A stretch of 64,000 nt of DNA from Patescibacteria group bacterium (GCA_041661425.1 JBAZUI010000001.1:8507-72506), one strand, 5' to 3'; positions 1 to 10,436 are shown, numbered from the stretch's first letter. The notes: generated by a model from the sequence alone, not told the origin. Program-made: numbers and translations.

Positions 1-23
1 TAAAATAGAGGAAAAATAAGCCC

Positions 24-68
24 TTGACGAAGAAAAACTAGCAGTCTATACTTGTGACTGCTAGTTTT
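24..68 (+). promoter_or_regulatory. sigma70 promoter overlapped by CIRCE-like operator
   Basis: TTGACG(24-29)-17 bp-TATACT(47-52); inverted repeat AAAACTAGCAGTC-N9-GACTGCTAGTTTT (34-68) resembles CIRCE TTAGCACTC-N9-GAGTGCTAA and sits directly before hrcA. Confidence 0.88.
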
Positions 69-785
69 ATGAATGATCGCCAAGCCACTATTCTTTGCGC
101 CATCATCGATGCTTACGTGAAAACCGCAGAGCCTGTCTCTTCGAATTTTTTGATCGATCATTATGATCTTCCGGTTTCTTCCGCCACGGTGCGAAATGAA
201 ATGATGGCCCTCGAAGATGCCGGATACGTACGCCAACCGCATACCTCGGCCGGACGCGTGCCAACCGAAGAAGGGTATCGATTCTATCTTCAGCATCGTA
301 AGCAGGGAAAGGTTATTGGAAAAGAGGCGTCGTTTGAACAAACATTTGAACATCATGCGAAAAATGAAAAAGATTTGATGCGTGAAATTGCAAAAGTCCT
401 CGTGGAACTTTCCGGTGAAACCGCTGTCACCGCGCTCGAGAGTGATTGGCACCACACAGCCGGCTTGCAAAAGCTCTTCGACAAACCGGATTTCGCGGAC
501 GTGGAAAACATGCGTTCACTCTCGGAAGTCGTGGATCGCATGGATGAAGTGATGGCCGATGTGTTCTCCGATGTTTCGGAAGAGATGAACGTCTGGATCG
601 GCCGTGAGAATCCCTTTGGAAATCAGATGGCCACGATCATGGTTCGCTATCGTTTGCCCAATGGGATGCTTGGAATGATGGGATTAGTTGGGCCGCTTCG
701 TATGGATTATGAACGGAATATGAATTTGCTTGAAGAAGCAAGAAAAATAATTGAAGACGATTATGGAAAAACAAAAAAAGAATAA
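69..785 (+). CDS. hrcA: heat-inducible transcription repressor HrcA (short form)
   Basis: N-terminal wHTH motifs SSATVRNEM..LE..GY..QPHTSAGRVPT..GYR, C-terminal GPLRMDY; ATG 69 preferred over GTG 54, which lies inside the operator. Confidence 0.93.
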   Translation: MNDRQATILCAIIDAYVKTAEPVSSNFLIDHYDLPVSSATVRNEMMALEDAGYVRQPHTSAGRVPTEEGYRFYLQHRKQGKVIGKEASFEQTFEHHAKNEKDLMREIAKVLVELSGETAVTALESDWHHTAGLQKLFDKPDFADVENMRSLSEVVDRMDEVMADVFSDVSEEMNVWIGRENPFGNQMATIMVRYRLPNGMLGMMGLVGPLRMDYERNMNLLEEARKIIEDDYGKTKKE

Positions 786-1260
786 AAAGCCACCATTGCC
801 CGACCTTCAGGCACAATGCGATGAATATTTGGCCGGGTGGAAGCGCGCGCTCGCGGATTACGAGAATCTCAAAAAAGATCTCTCGGCACGTGAAGTCGAG
901 CGTCATCGCTATTTCGTCATTGACCTTATTCAAAGTTTTTTTCCTATTATCGATAATTTCGATGTCGCGGTTCGACACATTCCCAAGCTGGATGATCTCC
1001 CGGAAGAGAAAAAAAAGATGATTGAGAATTGGCTTCAAGGGGTCGTCTACATCCAAAAACAATTTGTCGATAGTCTTGCCTCGCTCGGGATTGAACGGAT
1101 GAAAACAATGGGTGAGATTTTTGACCCGACTCATCACGACGCCGCAGGAACAAAAACCGATCCATCAAAAAAACCACAAGAAATTTTGGAGGAAGTGTAC
1201 AGCGGATGGATGCTGGGAGATCAGGTCATCCGTCCGGCAAAAGTCATTATTAACGAATAA
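763..1260 (+). CDS. grpE: nucleotide exchange factor GrpE
   Basis: [33 protein letters not shown]; between hrcA and dnaK. Confidence 0.93.
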   Translation: MEKQKKNKKPPLPDLQAQCDEYLAGWKRALADYENLKKDLSAREVERHRYFVIDLIQSFFPIIDNFDVAVRHIPKLDDLPEEKKKMIENWLQGVVYIQKQFVDSLASLGIERMKTMGEIFDPTHHDAAGTKTDPSKKPQEILEEVYSGWMLGDQVIRPAKVIINE

Positions 1261-1262
1261 AT

Positions 1263-3158
1263 ATGTCAAAAATACTTGGAATCGATTTAGGAACAACCAA
1301 TTCCGCCATGGCCGTGATTGAAGGCGGTCAACCACGCATTATCGAAAATAAAGAGGGCATGCGCACCACCCCATCCATTATCGCGATCGCCAAAAACGGC
1401 GAGCGATTGGTGGGCATGCCGGCAAAACGCCAGTCCATCACCAATCCGGTTGATACGCTCTATTCCATCAAGCGTTTAATTGGTCGTCGTTTTAGTGATC
1501 CGGAAGTCACGCGCGATCGTGAACAAATGCCATTCAAGATCGTCCAGCGCGGTGAAGGAATCGGGATCTTGATGGGCGGAAAGGGATATACGCCACAAGA
1601 AATCGGCGCCATGGTTCTTGGAAAAATGAAAGCCGATGCCGAAGAGCGCTTGGGCGAACCCGTGACCGAAGCGGTGATTACGGTTCCTGCCTATTTTGAT
1701 GATGCGCAACGCCAGGCCACAAAGGATGCCGGAGAAATTGCCGGTCTTAAAGTGAGTCGCATCATCAATGAGCCAACCGCGGCGGCTTTGGCTTACGGGT
1801 TTGATAAGAAAACCGGTCAACAAATTCTTGTGTACGATTTGGGTGGCGGAACTTTTGACGTCTCCGTTCTTGATGTGTCGGATAATACCGTGGAGGTTCT
1901 CTCAACAAACGGGGATACGCATCTTGGTGGTGATGATTTTGATAAAGTGATCATTGATTGGATTCTTGGCGAATTCAAAAAATTGGAAGGCGTTGATTTG
2001 CACGGCGATGCGCTCGCCATGCAACGCATTAAAGATGCGGCTGAGCGCGCGAAAATCGAACTCTCCACCGCGCAGGAAACTGAAATTAATCAACCGTTCA
2101 TTACCTCGGGCGCAGAAGGGCCAAAGCACTTGGTGATGAAAATCACTCGATCAAAGCTTGAGGAATTGGTGATGCCCCTTATTGAGAAGACGATGGGTCC
2201 GGTTGCGAAAGCACTCGAGGATGCCAAAATGAGCAAGGGCGACATCGAAGAAATTGTGATGGTCGGCGGAATGACTCGCATGCCACTGGTCCAAAAGAAA
2301 GTTGAAGATTTTTTTGGCAAGAAACCGAATGTTTCGGTGAATCCCGATGAAGTGGTTGCGGTTGGCGCGGCCATCCAAGGTGGAGTCCTCAAGGGCGATG
2401 TCAAAGATGTTTTGCTTCTTGATGTCACGCCTCTTTCGCTTGGAATCGAAACACTCGGTGGAGTGATGACCAAGCTCATTGAACGAAATACCACAGTGCC
2501 AACATCCAAGAGTCAGGTCTTTTCGACAGCATCAGATAGCCAGCCATCGGTTGAAATCAAGGTCTATCAAGGTGAACGTCCTCTGGTGAATGACAATAAA
2601 TTGCTTGGCGCTTTCTCGCTTATGGGAATCCCACCAGCGCCACGTGGTATCCCTCAAATTGAGGTTTCCTTCGACATCGACGCGAATGGAATTCTTAATG
2701 TAAAAGCAAAGGATAAAGGAACAAATAAAGAGCAACAGATTACCATTACCGCAAGCTCTGGCTTATCAAAAGATGATATTGAGCGCATGAAACATGATGC
2801 AGAATCACATGCCGATGAGGACAAAAAGAAACAGGAAATGATTGAGGCGCGCAATATGGCGGATACGCTTATCTACACCACAGAGAAGATGCTTGTGGAT
2901 TATAAGAGTAAAATGAATGAAGCGGATGTTAAAGAAATTACGGAAAAAGTGGAGGCGCTCAAAAAGGTGAAAGATGGGGAAGATTTAGCCGTCATCAAAA
3001 CAGCTTCCGAGGAACTTTCCAAAGTCGCACAAAAGATCGGGACAGCCATGTATCAACAGCAAGCCCCAGCTGGAGCTCCAGCGGGTGAGAAGCCGGCTGA
3101 ACCGGGGACAAAAGATGCGGACTTTGAGGAAGTCAAAAAAGATGACGAGAAAAAATAA
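1263..3158 (+). CDS. dnaK: chaperone DnaK
   Basis: [39 protein letters not shown]. Confidence 0.99.
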   Translation: MSKILGIDLGTTNSAMAVIEGGQPRIIENKEGMRTTPSIIAIAKNGERLVGMPAKRQSITNPVDTLYSIKRLIGRRFSDPEVTRDREQMPFKIVQRGEGIGILMGGKGYTPQEIGAMVLGKMKADAEERLGEPVTEAVITVPAYFDDAQRQATKDAGEIAGLKVSRIINEPTAAALAYGFDKKTGQQILVYDLGGGTFDVSVLDVSDNTVEVLSTNGDTHLGGDDFDKVIIDWILGEFKKLEGVDLHGDALAMQRIKDAAERAKIELSTAQETEINQPFITSGAEGPKHLVMKITRSKLEELVMPLIEKTMGPVAKALEDAKMSKGDIEEIVMVGGMTRMPLVQKKVEDFFGKKPNVSVNPDEVVAVGAAIQGGVLKGDVKDVLLLDVTPLSLGIETLGGVMTKLIERNTTVPTSKSQVFSTASDSQPSVEIKVYQGERPLVNDNKLLGAFSLMGIPPAPRGIPQIEVSFDIDANGILNVKAKDKGTNKEQQITITASSGLSKDDIERMKHDAESHADEDKKKQEMIEARNMADTLIYTTEKMLVDYKSKMNEADVKEITEKVEALKKVKDGEDLAVIKTASEELSKVAQKIGTAMYQQQAPAGAPAGEKPAEPGTKDADFEEVKKDDEKK

Positions 3159-3159
3159 T

Positions 3160-3330
3160 ATGAAACTCCGAAACGTTCTCAAGCTCTTTTTGCGAGGTGG
3201 ATTGGGTTTTGTCTCAACCATCCTCACCATTCTTTCAATTCCGCAGGTTCGCGATTTCCTCTGGAATAAAGTGCTCAATAAGAGCAAAGAAAAAATCGTC
3301 GATGCCAAGGCAAAGGTGGTGAAAGAATAA
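3160..3330 (+). CDS. small membrane-anchored hypothetical protein (56 aa)
   Basis: ATG 1 nt after the dnaK stop; one hydrophobic segment then a basic tail. Confidence 0.55.
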   Translation: MKLRNVLKLFLRGGLGFVSTILTILSIPQVRDFLWNKVLNKSKEKIVDAKAKVVKE

Positions 3331-3349
3331 TGGATGGGGAGCTCTTCGC

Positions 3350-3382
3350 CCCCTCCTTAAATAAGGAGGGGTGAGGGGTGGT
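3350..3382 (+). repeat. REP-like palindrome family A, copy 1
   Basis: CCCCTCCTTA-AA-TAAGGAGGGG followed by TGAGGGGTGGT. Confidence 0.8.
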
Positions 3383-3391
3383 CTTGAATTC

Positions 3392-3763
3392 ATGAATATG
3401 AATTATCGATTGTTCAATCTGAGAGATCAGAAGAAATTTCGTTCTAAGCTTAGAAATGATTCAACGGACGCCGAACAGAAGTTGTGGAGTTTTCTCCGTC
3501 ATTCTCAAATCGATAAGTTAAAATTCCGTCGACAACAAGGAATTGGACCGTACATTGTGGATTTCTATTGTCCAAAGATCAAACTCGTCGTCGAGATTGA
3601 TGGCGATTCGCATTTTGATGATCAGGGCATCGCCTACGATAAACAACGAACAGTATTTCTGCAACAGTTTGGTATTCGGGTAGTCAGATTTACGAATGTT
3701 GATATTCAAGAAACCATTGAAGGTGTGATCGAAGAAATAAGAAAAAAAATAACGTTTCGCTAG
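3392..3763 (+). CDS. DUF559 / Vsr-like endonuclease
   Basis: LRNDSTDAEQKLW..LR, KFRRQ..IGPYIVDFYC...KLVVEIDG.SH, D..R..FL...GIRVVRFTN. Confidence 0.9.
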   Translation: MNMNYRLFNLRDQKKFRSKLRNDSTDAEQKLWSFLRHSQIDKLKFRRQQGIGPYIVDFYCPKIKLVVEIDGDSHFDDQGIAYDKQRTVFLQQFGIRVVRFTNVDIQETIEGVIEEIRKKITFR

Positions 3764-3796
3764 AACCCCCTCAAACTCCCCCTTTGAAAGGGGGAG
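3764..3796 (-). repeat. REP-like palindrome family A, copy 2 (inverted)
   Basis: AACCCCCTCAAA-CTCCCCCTTT-G-AAAGGGGGAG, same architecture as 3350-3382 in opposite orientation. Confidence 0.75.
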
Positions 3797-3806
3797 GCTA
3801 AAAAAT

Positions 3807-4847
3807 ATGGGCAAAGATTATTATAAAATTCTCGGAATCGAAAAAGGCGCTTCCAAAGAAGAAGTGAAGCGCGCTTTTCGAGCTCTCGCCCATACGCATC
3901 ACCCCGATAAAGGAGGGGACGAAGCAAAATTCAAGGAAATCAACGAGGCCTATCAAGTGCTGGGTGATGAGGAGAAGCGCAAGCAATACGATCAATTTGG
4001 CACCACATACGATCAGCCGGGCGGTGGCGGTTTCGGGAATTTCAATGATTTCTATTCGAACATGAATTTTGAGGATCTTGGGGATATTTTCGGGAGCATG
4101 TTTGGCGGAGGGCGAAGTGCACGTGCGCGTGGCGATGATATTGCGGTTGACGTCCGACTCACTTTCAAGGAATCGATTTTTGGCGTTGAAAAAGAATTAA
4201 CGCTCACCAAAAATCAATCCTGTGATCGTTGTGGTGGCACCGGAGGAGAGCCGGGAACAAAAATGAATACCTGTGATACCTGCAAAGGGAGCGGAATGCA
4301 AATCACGGCGCAACGCACGATGTTTGGGACGATTCAATCGCGCACAACCTGTCGAACCTGTGGGGGGAGCGGTGAGATTCCAAAAGAAAAATGTTCCACC
4401 TGTAAGGGCACAGGTCTTGAGTATAAACGAACGACCTTGCGCGTTGAGATTCCACCGGGCGTTGAAGATGGCAATCGGATGCGTGTGCGCGGGCAAGGCG
4501 AAAGTCTTGGGGCCTCCGGAGCGCCTGGCGATCTTTATGTTTCATTGCATGTTGAAACTGATCCGCGATTTGAGCGCCAAGGAGAGCACCTGTTTTCTAT
4601 AAAACGTATTGGATTTTCGCAAGCCGCGCTTGGTGATGAAGTGGTGGTTGAAACCGTGGATGGGAGTGTGAAGGTGAAGATTCCGGCTGGTACGCAGCAT
4701 GGCGATAAACTCCGCTTGCGTCAAAAAGGAGTGCCAACGGGTCGGGGTCGCGGAGATCATTTGGTGATTGTGCATGTGATGACGCCAAAGAAATTAAGTC
4801 GAAGTGAACGAAAAATATTAGAAGAACTGAATTTGCGGGAAGAGTAG
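3807..4847 (+). CDS. dnaJ: chaperone DnaJ
   Basis: J-domain HPD, G/F region, four CxxCxGxG repeats. Confidence 0.98.
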   Translation: MGKDYYKILGIEKGASKEEVKRAFRALAHTHHPDKGGDEAKFKEINEAYQVLGDEEKRKQYDQFGTTYDQPGGGGFGNFNDFYSNMNFEDLGDIFGSMFGGGRSARARGDDIAVDVRLTFKESIFGVEKELTLTKNQSCDRCGGTGGEPGTKMNTCDTCKGSGMQITAQRTMFGTIQSRTTCRTCGGSGEIPKEKCSTCKGTGLEYKRTTLRVEIPPGVEDGNRMRVRGQGESLGASGAPGDLYVSLHVETDPRFERQGEHLFSIKRIGFSQAALGDEVVVETVDGSVKVKIPAGTQHGDKLRLRQKGVPTGRGRGDHLVIVHVMTPKKLSRSERKILEELNLREE

Positions 4848-4883
4848 ATAGGCATGGGAAATAGGCTTTGGTATAATAGACTC

Positions 4884-5387
4884 ATGTCTTTTTCGTTTGA
4901 GAATCTTCTGAGTGCTTTCCCGTTCGATTCGTTCGACTTGTGGATGGCGGCTGGCGTTCTTGGGCTCGTTTTTATTTTTTTATTTACGATTGGACGGGAT
5001 TTTTCCGTGACCCTCATGCTTTCCGTTTATTTTTCACTGGTCAGCATGACCATGATTCCATTTTTGCGCGATCTTGATATTGATATCAGCTTTGAGGATT
5101 ATTGGGTGAAGTTGGTCATTTTTGGAGTTTTGATCGCGGTCTTTTTTTGGCTTCAAGTTCGCAATGAGTTTTTTGAGCCCTATACGGTTCCCACCGGCGG
5201 AGAGGTGATTGTTTTTGTTTTGGTCATTTCCGGCATGATTCTCTATGCCGCGGGAACCATGATCCCAGAACTTCTGCTTTTGGACATCTCTCCACTTATG
5301 CGAATGCTTTTTCTCGATGAACCGGCGGCGAATGTGTGGTTTACTTTGCCGATTCTTACCATGCTTTTTTTGCGCGGAAGGACTTAG
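4884..5387 (+). CDS. multi-pass membrane hypothetical protein
   Basis: about 5 hydrophobic segments; ATG 6 nt after TATAAT (4872-4877). Confidence 0.75.
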   Translation: MSFSFENLLSAFPFDSFDLWMAAGVLGLVFIFLFTIGRDFSVTLMLSVYFSLVSMTMIPFLRDLDIDISFEDYWVKLVIFGVLIAVFFWLQVRNEFFEPYTVPTGGEVIVFVLVISGMILYAAGTMIPELLLLDISPLMRMLFLDEPAANVWFTLPILTMLFLRGRT

Positions 5388-5390
5388 TTC

Positions 5391-5434
5391 GTAGGGCTTG
5401 GTCTGCGTATGGGCTTGGCATACCAAGCCCATGC
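5391..5434. repeat. GTAG/GTAT-headed REP-like hairpin
   Basis: GTATGGGCTTGG-CATA-CCAAGCCCATGC preceded by a partial copy GTAGGGCTTGG. Confidence 0.6.
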
Positions 5435-5447
5435 GATGAGAGCATGC

Positions 5448-5485
5448 GATGCCAAAAAGTGTCCGATCGGACCTTTCTTGTCATC
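5448..5485. repeat. palindrome family C (GTCCGATCGGAC core), copy 1
   Basis: GATGCCAAAAAGTGTCCGATCGGACCTTTCTTGTCATC, an imperfect version of 13016-13055. Confidence 0.75.
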
Positions 5486-5488
5486 AAA

Positions 5489-5536
5489 TTGACATTCTAG
5501 GCCTTCCAGCTTACAGTTTTAGTGTCTCAAAGGAGG
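5489..5536 (+). promoter_or_regulatory. sigma70 promoter and SD of cassette gene
   Basis: TTGACA(5489)-17-TACAGT(5512); AGGAGG ending at 5536. Confidence 0.65.
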
Positions 5537-5541
5537 AAGCC

Positions 5542-5934
5542 ATGGCACTCAGTGACATTTCCACGGTTTTTGTCATGAGTCCCCGTCGGTTCTACCGATG
5601 GTCGCTGCTTAGCTCCGTCGTCGTCTACGCACTCGGCGCCATTGCAGGAGCGGGAGGATTCGCTTTCGCAATTGGAGTTCACGTCCTGGTCGGTTTGTGC
5701 GGGGCAGGCGCTGAACACGACCTTGACATGAAGTACGTTATGGAGTTTGACTGGAAGGTCATGACCGGAATCCAGCGATTCAAGTACTTTTTTCTTCTCC
5801 TTGCCAAGAACATTACTCAGGGGGTCTTCGCCCCGTTCGTTTTGTCGTGGTACATCTACGAACAGTGGCGAGTCCTTCGGGACAGCCTTCGGAAACGTTC
5901 GCATCTCGTCGTCACCCGGATCGACATCAAATAG
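5542..5934 (+). CDS. membrane hypothetical protein (SD-led cassette gene)
   Basis: strong SD 5 nt before ATG 5542; 2-3 TM segments; codons often end in C/G. Confidence 0.7.
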   Translation: MALSDISTVFVMSPRRFYRWSLLSSVVVYALGAIAGAGGFAFAIGVHVLVGLCGAGAEHDLDMKYVMEFDWKVMTGIQRFKYFFLLLAKNITQGVFAPFVLSWYIYEQWRVLRDSLRKRSHLVVTRIDIK

Positions 5935-5996
5935 TCCGGGTTTTTGGTTTCTATCGCGTTTTTTATGCGTTGACGGTATACTATTTCACGAAATCT

Positions 5997-7376
5997 ATGG
6001 ATATCAAACTCTACAATACGCTTCATCGAACAAAAGAGATTTTTCACCCTATCCATGAGGGGAAGGTTGGAATTTATTGTTGCGGGCCAACTGTTTATCA
6101 GCGTGCTTCCATTGGAAATTTCCGCTCCTATGTTTTTGCGGATCTTCTTCGCAGAACATTAATTGCCAATGGATATGAGGTGAAACACATTGTGAATATC
6201 ACCGATGTGGGGCACCTGACGGATGATGCTTCTGCCGGGGAGGACAAGATGGAAAAAGCCGCCACGAATGCAGAAAAATCCGCATGGGATATTGCCGCGG
6301 AGTATACGGCTCTTTTTGAAGCGGATGCCGCGCATCTCAATATTCTTCCGCCAACCAAGATGCCAAAAGCAACGGATCACATTGGTGAACAAATAAAATT
6401 TATTGAGGATATCGAAAAAGCCGGATACGCGTATCAAATTTCAGATGGTCTGTATTTTGATACGGGCAAGCTTGAAAATTACGGCGAACTTTCACCACAG
6501 AAGTCAGAGGAGAAGGAAGAAGGCGCGCGGGTTGCAGTGAATGAGGAAAAAAGAAATCCAACGGATTTTGCTTTGTGGAAATTTTCACGCCAAGGAGAGC
6601 ATCGTCAAATGGAGTGGCCATCGCCGTGGGGAGTTGGGTTCCCTGGTTGGCATATTGAATGCTCGGCCATGAGTGAAAAATATCTTGATCTTCCGTTTGA
6701 TATTCACACGGGTGGAATCGATCATATTGCGGTTCATCACACGAATGAAATCGCACAAAGTCTGGCCGCACGCGGAGTGAACCCGGCAACATATTGGATG
6801 CACAATGCGTTTTTGCTCATCGATGGCGGGAAGATGTCCAAGTCGCTTGGGAATACCTATTCACTCGATGATTTGAAAGAGCGTGGAATTGAGCCGCTGG
6901 CGCTTCGTTATTTCTTTTTAGGGGCTCATTATCGCGTCCAAGAGAATTTCACTTGGGAAGCGATTGAAGCGGCACAGCACGCCCTTGATCATTTGCGTGA
7001 ACTAGCACAAAACCTCGATGTGCCAAGCAAGATTCACGAACCATCATTCGAAAAATTCACAACATTCATGAATGACGATCTCAATACTCCCGGAGCATTG
7101 GCCTTTGTTTGGGATTTTTTGCGTGAGGCTTCAATTCCCTCAGGTGAGAAAGCGGCGACCCTTTTAGAAATCGATAAATTTTTAGGACTCAATTTGGATC
7201 ACCCGGGTGCACAGCCACTTGCTATTCCAAGAGAGATTGAGGATTTGGTGCGAGCGCGTGAACGCGTGCGTGAGAAGCGGGATTTTGAAGCATCGGATCG
7301 TTTGCGAAATGAAATCGAAGAAAAAGGATACACCATCAAGGATTCAACAACAGGGCCAATCGTCGGACAAAAATAA
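5997..7376 (+). CDS. cysS: cysteine--tRNA ligase
   Basis: CGPTVY, HIGH-like SIGN, PGWHIECSAM, DIHTGGIDH, KMSKS. Confidence 0.98.
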   Translation: MDIKLYNTLHRTKEIFHPIHEGKVGIYCCGPTVYQRASIGNFRSYVFADLLRRTLIANGYEVKHIVNITDVGHLTDDASAGEDKMEKAATNAEKSAWDIAAEYTALFEADAAHLNILPPTKMPKATDHIGEQIKFIEDIEKAGYAYQISDGLYFDTGKLENYGELSPQKSEEKEEGARVAVNEEKRNPTDFALWKFSRQGEHRQMEWPSPWGVGFPGWHIECSAMSEKYLDLPFDIHTGGIDHIAVHHTNEIAQSLAARGVNPATYWMHNAFLLIDGGKMSKSLGNTYSLDDLKERGIEPLALRYFFLGAHYRVQENFTWEAIEAAQHALDHLRELAQNLDVPSKIHEPSFEKFTTFMNDDLNTPGALAFVWDFLREASIPSGEKAATLLEIDKFLGLNLDHPGAQPLAIPREIEDLVRARERVREKRDFEASDRLRNEIEEKGYTIKDSTTGPIVGQK

Positions 7377-7397
7377 GCATGATACAATGGGGGAGGT

Positions 7398-7913
7398 ATG
7401 ACAGAAACAAAAGATCTAAAAGATCAATCTCTTCTTCCGGAAGGGGGTGAAGAACTTTTTGAGGTTCGGGTGGAAACAGCGGAAACACTTACATCGAAAG
7501 AGGCAACAAGAGATGCGACAGCAGAAGTGCAGGAACCGATGGCCGAACAACCTGCCGAGGCTCCTCACGTTTCACCGGTCCCTGTGCCTCCCATGGCGGT
7601 TGAAAAAGATCGTCTCACCAAAGAAATCGAGGAAATTCTTTCCAATGATTTGACGGATATCTATCTCACGCTTTCCGAAGATCGCAAAGTGGCCTTTCGA
7701 GAAAAAGGAGAAGAAGTGGCTGTCGCGATTCACGACATGATGAAAACCGGAAAATTAAAAGTGCAAAAAGTCTTGGAGTTGATTTTAGAGTGGTTACGAC
7801 TCATTCCTGGGATCAATAAATTTTTCTTGGAGCAGGAAGCAAAAATAAAAACCGACACGATTGTTCACCGATGGGAAGAAGAATCAATGCGTGTTGACAA
7901 TGGTCTTGTTTAA
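7398..7913 (+). CDS. hypothetical protein, probable partner of the downstream ATPase
   Basis: 171 aa ORF; low-complexity N-terminus, helical C-terminus (WLRLIPGINKFFLEQEAKIK). Confidence 0.8.
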   Translation: MTETKDLKDQSLLPEGGEELFEVRVETAETLTSKEATRDATAEVQEPMAEQPAEAPHVSPVPVPPMAVEKDRLTKEIEEILSNDLTDIYLTLSEDRKVAFREKGEEVAVAIHDMMKTGKLKVQKVLELILEWLRLIPGINKFFLEQEAKIKTDTIVHRWEEESMRVDNGLV

Positions 7914-7922
7914 TTATTTGTT

Positions 7923-10433
7923 ATGACCGAAATCGATCGTCTTATCTATCTTGCTCTCGCCCTGCTAATTGGTTCGGGATTCCTTTTGGTTTTGATCTAT
8001 GGAATCCGGTCCTTTGTGCAGAATCGACCTCCTCTGCAAACCGGGAAGTGGAAGCACGTGACGCTCATGATCACGGTGCCAAAATTCGCAAACGAGGAAG
8101 AGACACGAAATGATGGCGGGATGCAGAAATTGCAAGAACGCATTGGGATTGCCGAAACATTCTATGCGGCCGTGGGAGGATTGTCCTCACAAAAGGGAAT
8201 CACAGCCTGGTTTTTTGGTCGACAGGATCATCTTGCGCTGGAGATGGTCGCCCATGAAAAATTAATCACGTTCTACCTCACGGTTCCGCAGTATCTTTTG
8301 GAATTCGTGGAGCAACAACTTCATGCACAGTATCCCGACGCCAGCGTTCAACCGGTTGAGGATTATAATATGTTTTGCCCAACCGGGACGATTCTTGGTG
8401 GGTATGTGGAGTTAAAACGTGAGATGATTCTTCCAATCAAGACGTATAAAGAATCAGAATCCGATCCATTGAATGCCATCACTAATGCGCTTTCCAAAGT
8501 CCCCGAGGGAGAGGGAATGGCTGTGCAATATATGATCCGACCGGCGAAGTCAAGCTGGCGTTCCATGGGTCAGAGGATTTCCACAAACATGCACAAAGGC
8601 ATGAGCTATCGTGAAGCCGTAAAAGGAAAAAAGGGTTCGGGAAGTGGATGGGCGGAGATGATTTGGAAGAAGAAAGAAACCGATCCGCAAAAAGTTCAGC
8701 AAGAGAACCAACCGCGACAAATGTCACAAGCGGAGCAGGAAATGCTCAAGCGTATTGAAAATAAAATCAGCAAAGCCGGCATGGAAGTGAACATCCGATT
8801 GATGGCTTCTTCGCAAAGTGCCGATGCCGCGCAGGCAAACCTGAATCAAATCCTTCAGGCTTTTGCGCAGTACAATATCTACGAATACGGAAATGCATTT
8901 GTTAAGGCCATTCCTTCGAATAAATCGAAACTCGTCCGTGATTTTATTTATCGTCGATTTTCCACAAAGCATCAATGTCTTTTTAATACCGAGGAGATGG
9001 CCAGTCTTTGGCATTTGCCGCTTCCCACCACGGAAACGCCGTCCATCCGTTGGATGCTTGCGCGCATTGCCCCGGCGCCGGCTGGCATGCCGACGGAGGG
9101 TTTGCACATGGGGTATAACGATTATCGCGGCAAGCGCACGGATATTTTTATTAAGGAAAAAGATCGTCAGCGCCACATGTATCTCATTGGAAAAACCGGA
9201 TCGGGAAAATCGTGGTTTTTGCGGTATATGGCCGTGCAGGATATTCGCGCAGGAAAAGGTGTTTGTGTGATCGATCCGCATGGCGATTTGGTAGATGATA
9301 TTTTGGGCACGATTCCAAAAGAACGAATTGATGATGTGGTCTATTTCTGCCCGGCCGACACCGAACGTCCCATGGGACTCAATATGCTCGAGGCGCCCAA
9401 TGAGAGCATGAAAGATTTTGCGGTTCAGGAAATGATTTCGATTTTTTACATGTTATTTCCGCCGGAAATGATTGGGCCAATGTTTGAGCACAACATGCGC
9501 AATTATATGTTGACGCTCATGGCCGACCAGCATGATCTGGGAACCATTGCGGAAATTCCACGCATGATTGCCGATGATGCGTTTCAAAAATCTTGGGTTG
9601 ATAAAGTCAAAGATCCGGTTGTCATGAGTTTCTGGAAAGATGAGATGGCGAAGACGTCCGATTATCATAAATCGGAAATGATGGGCTACCTTGTTTCGAA
9701 AGTCGGACGATTCGTGGAAAACGAAATGATGCGAAATATCATCGGGCAATCAAAATCCGCTTTTAATTTCCGCGAGATTATGGATTCCGGGAAGATTTTG
9801 CTCGTGAATCTTTCAAAAGGAAAAACAGGTGAGGTCAACGCGAATCTTTTGGGTCTCATCATTGTTGCAAAATTGCAGATGGCCGCATTCTCGCGCGCGG
9901 AGCTTCCCGAAGATCAGCGCCGCGATTTCTTTCTCTATATCGACGAGTTTCAAAATTTTATCACGCCTTCTATTGCAACGATTTTGTCTGAAGCTCGAAA
10001 ATATCGCCTTAATTTGATTCTTGCACACCAATACATGGGACAGCTCGTGAAAAACAACGATACGCAGATTCGTGATTCCATTCTTGGAAACGTTGGAAAT
10101 ATGTTTGTGGCGCGTATTGGTCCGGAAGATGCGGAGATTCTCTCGAAAATTTATGAGCCGACATTTTCCGGTTACGACTTGATGAATACAGACAATTTTA
10201 CATGGAATGCAAAAATTGTGGTTGACATGGCTCAGCTCAAGCCGTTTACCATGAAAGTGGCAACACCGGATAAGCCAAATCTCAAACTTGCCGAAGCGCT
10301 CAAGGAGATGTCACGTCTAAAATATGGTCGACCAAAGGCAATGGTCGAGCAAGAAATCGCCATGCGCGCGGGCATTGGCGCTGTGGCGGCTGGCACAGAA
10401 CGCACACCACCGCCCATTCCACCAACGATGTAA
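7923..10433 (+). CDS. VirD4/TraG/HerA-like type IV secretion coupling ATPase
   Basis: N-terminal TM; RHMYLIGKTGSGKS Walker A, IDPHGDL, LYIDEFQ Walker B, SEARKY. Confidence 0.88.
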   Translation: MTEIDRLIYLALALLIGSGFLLVLIYGIRSFVQNRPPLQTGKWKHVTLMITVPKFANEEETRNDGGMQKLQERIGIAETFYAAVGGLSSQKGITAWFFGRQDHLALEMVAHEKLITFYLTVPQYLLEFVEQQLHAQYPDASVQPVEDYNMFCPTGTILGGYVELKREMILPIKTYKESESDPLNAITNALSKVPEGEGMAVQYMIRPAKSSWRSMGQRISTNMHKGMSYREAVKGKKGSGSGWAEMIWKKKETDPQKVQQENQPRQMSQAEQEMLKRIENKISKAGMEVNIRLMASSQSADAAQANLNQILQAFAQYNIYEYGNAFVKAIPSNKSKLVRDFIYRRFSTKHQCLFNTEEMASLWHLPLPTTETPSIRWMLARIAPAPAGMPTEGLHMGYNDYRGKRTDIFIKEKDRQRHMYLIGKTGSGKSWFLRYMAVQDIRAGKGVCVIDPHGDLVDDILGTIPKERIDDVVYFCPADTERPMGLNMLEAPNESMKDFAVQEMISIFYMLFPPEMIGPMFEHNMRNYMLTLMADQHDLGTIAEIPRMIADDAFQKSWVDKVKDPVVMSFWKDEMAKTSDYHKSEMMGYLVSKVGRFVENEMMRNIIGQSKSAFNFREIMDSGKILLVNLSKGKTGEVNANLLGLIIVAKLQMAAFSRAELPEDQRRDFFLYIDEFQNFITPSIATILSEARKYRLNLILAHQYMGQLVKNNDTQIRDSILGNVGNMFVARIGPEDAEILSKIYEPTFSGYDLMNTDNFTWNAKIVVDMAQLKPFTMKVATPDKPNLKLAEALKEMSRLKYGRPKAMVEQEIAMRAGIGAVAAGTERTPPPIPPTM

Positions 10434-10436
10434 GCG

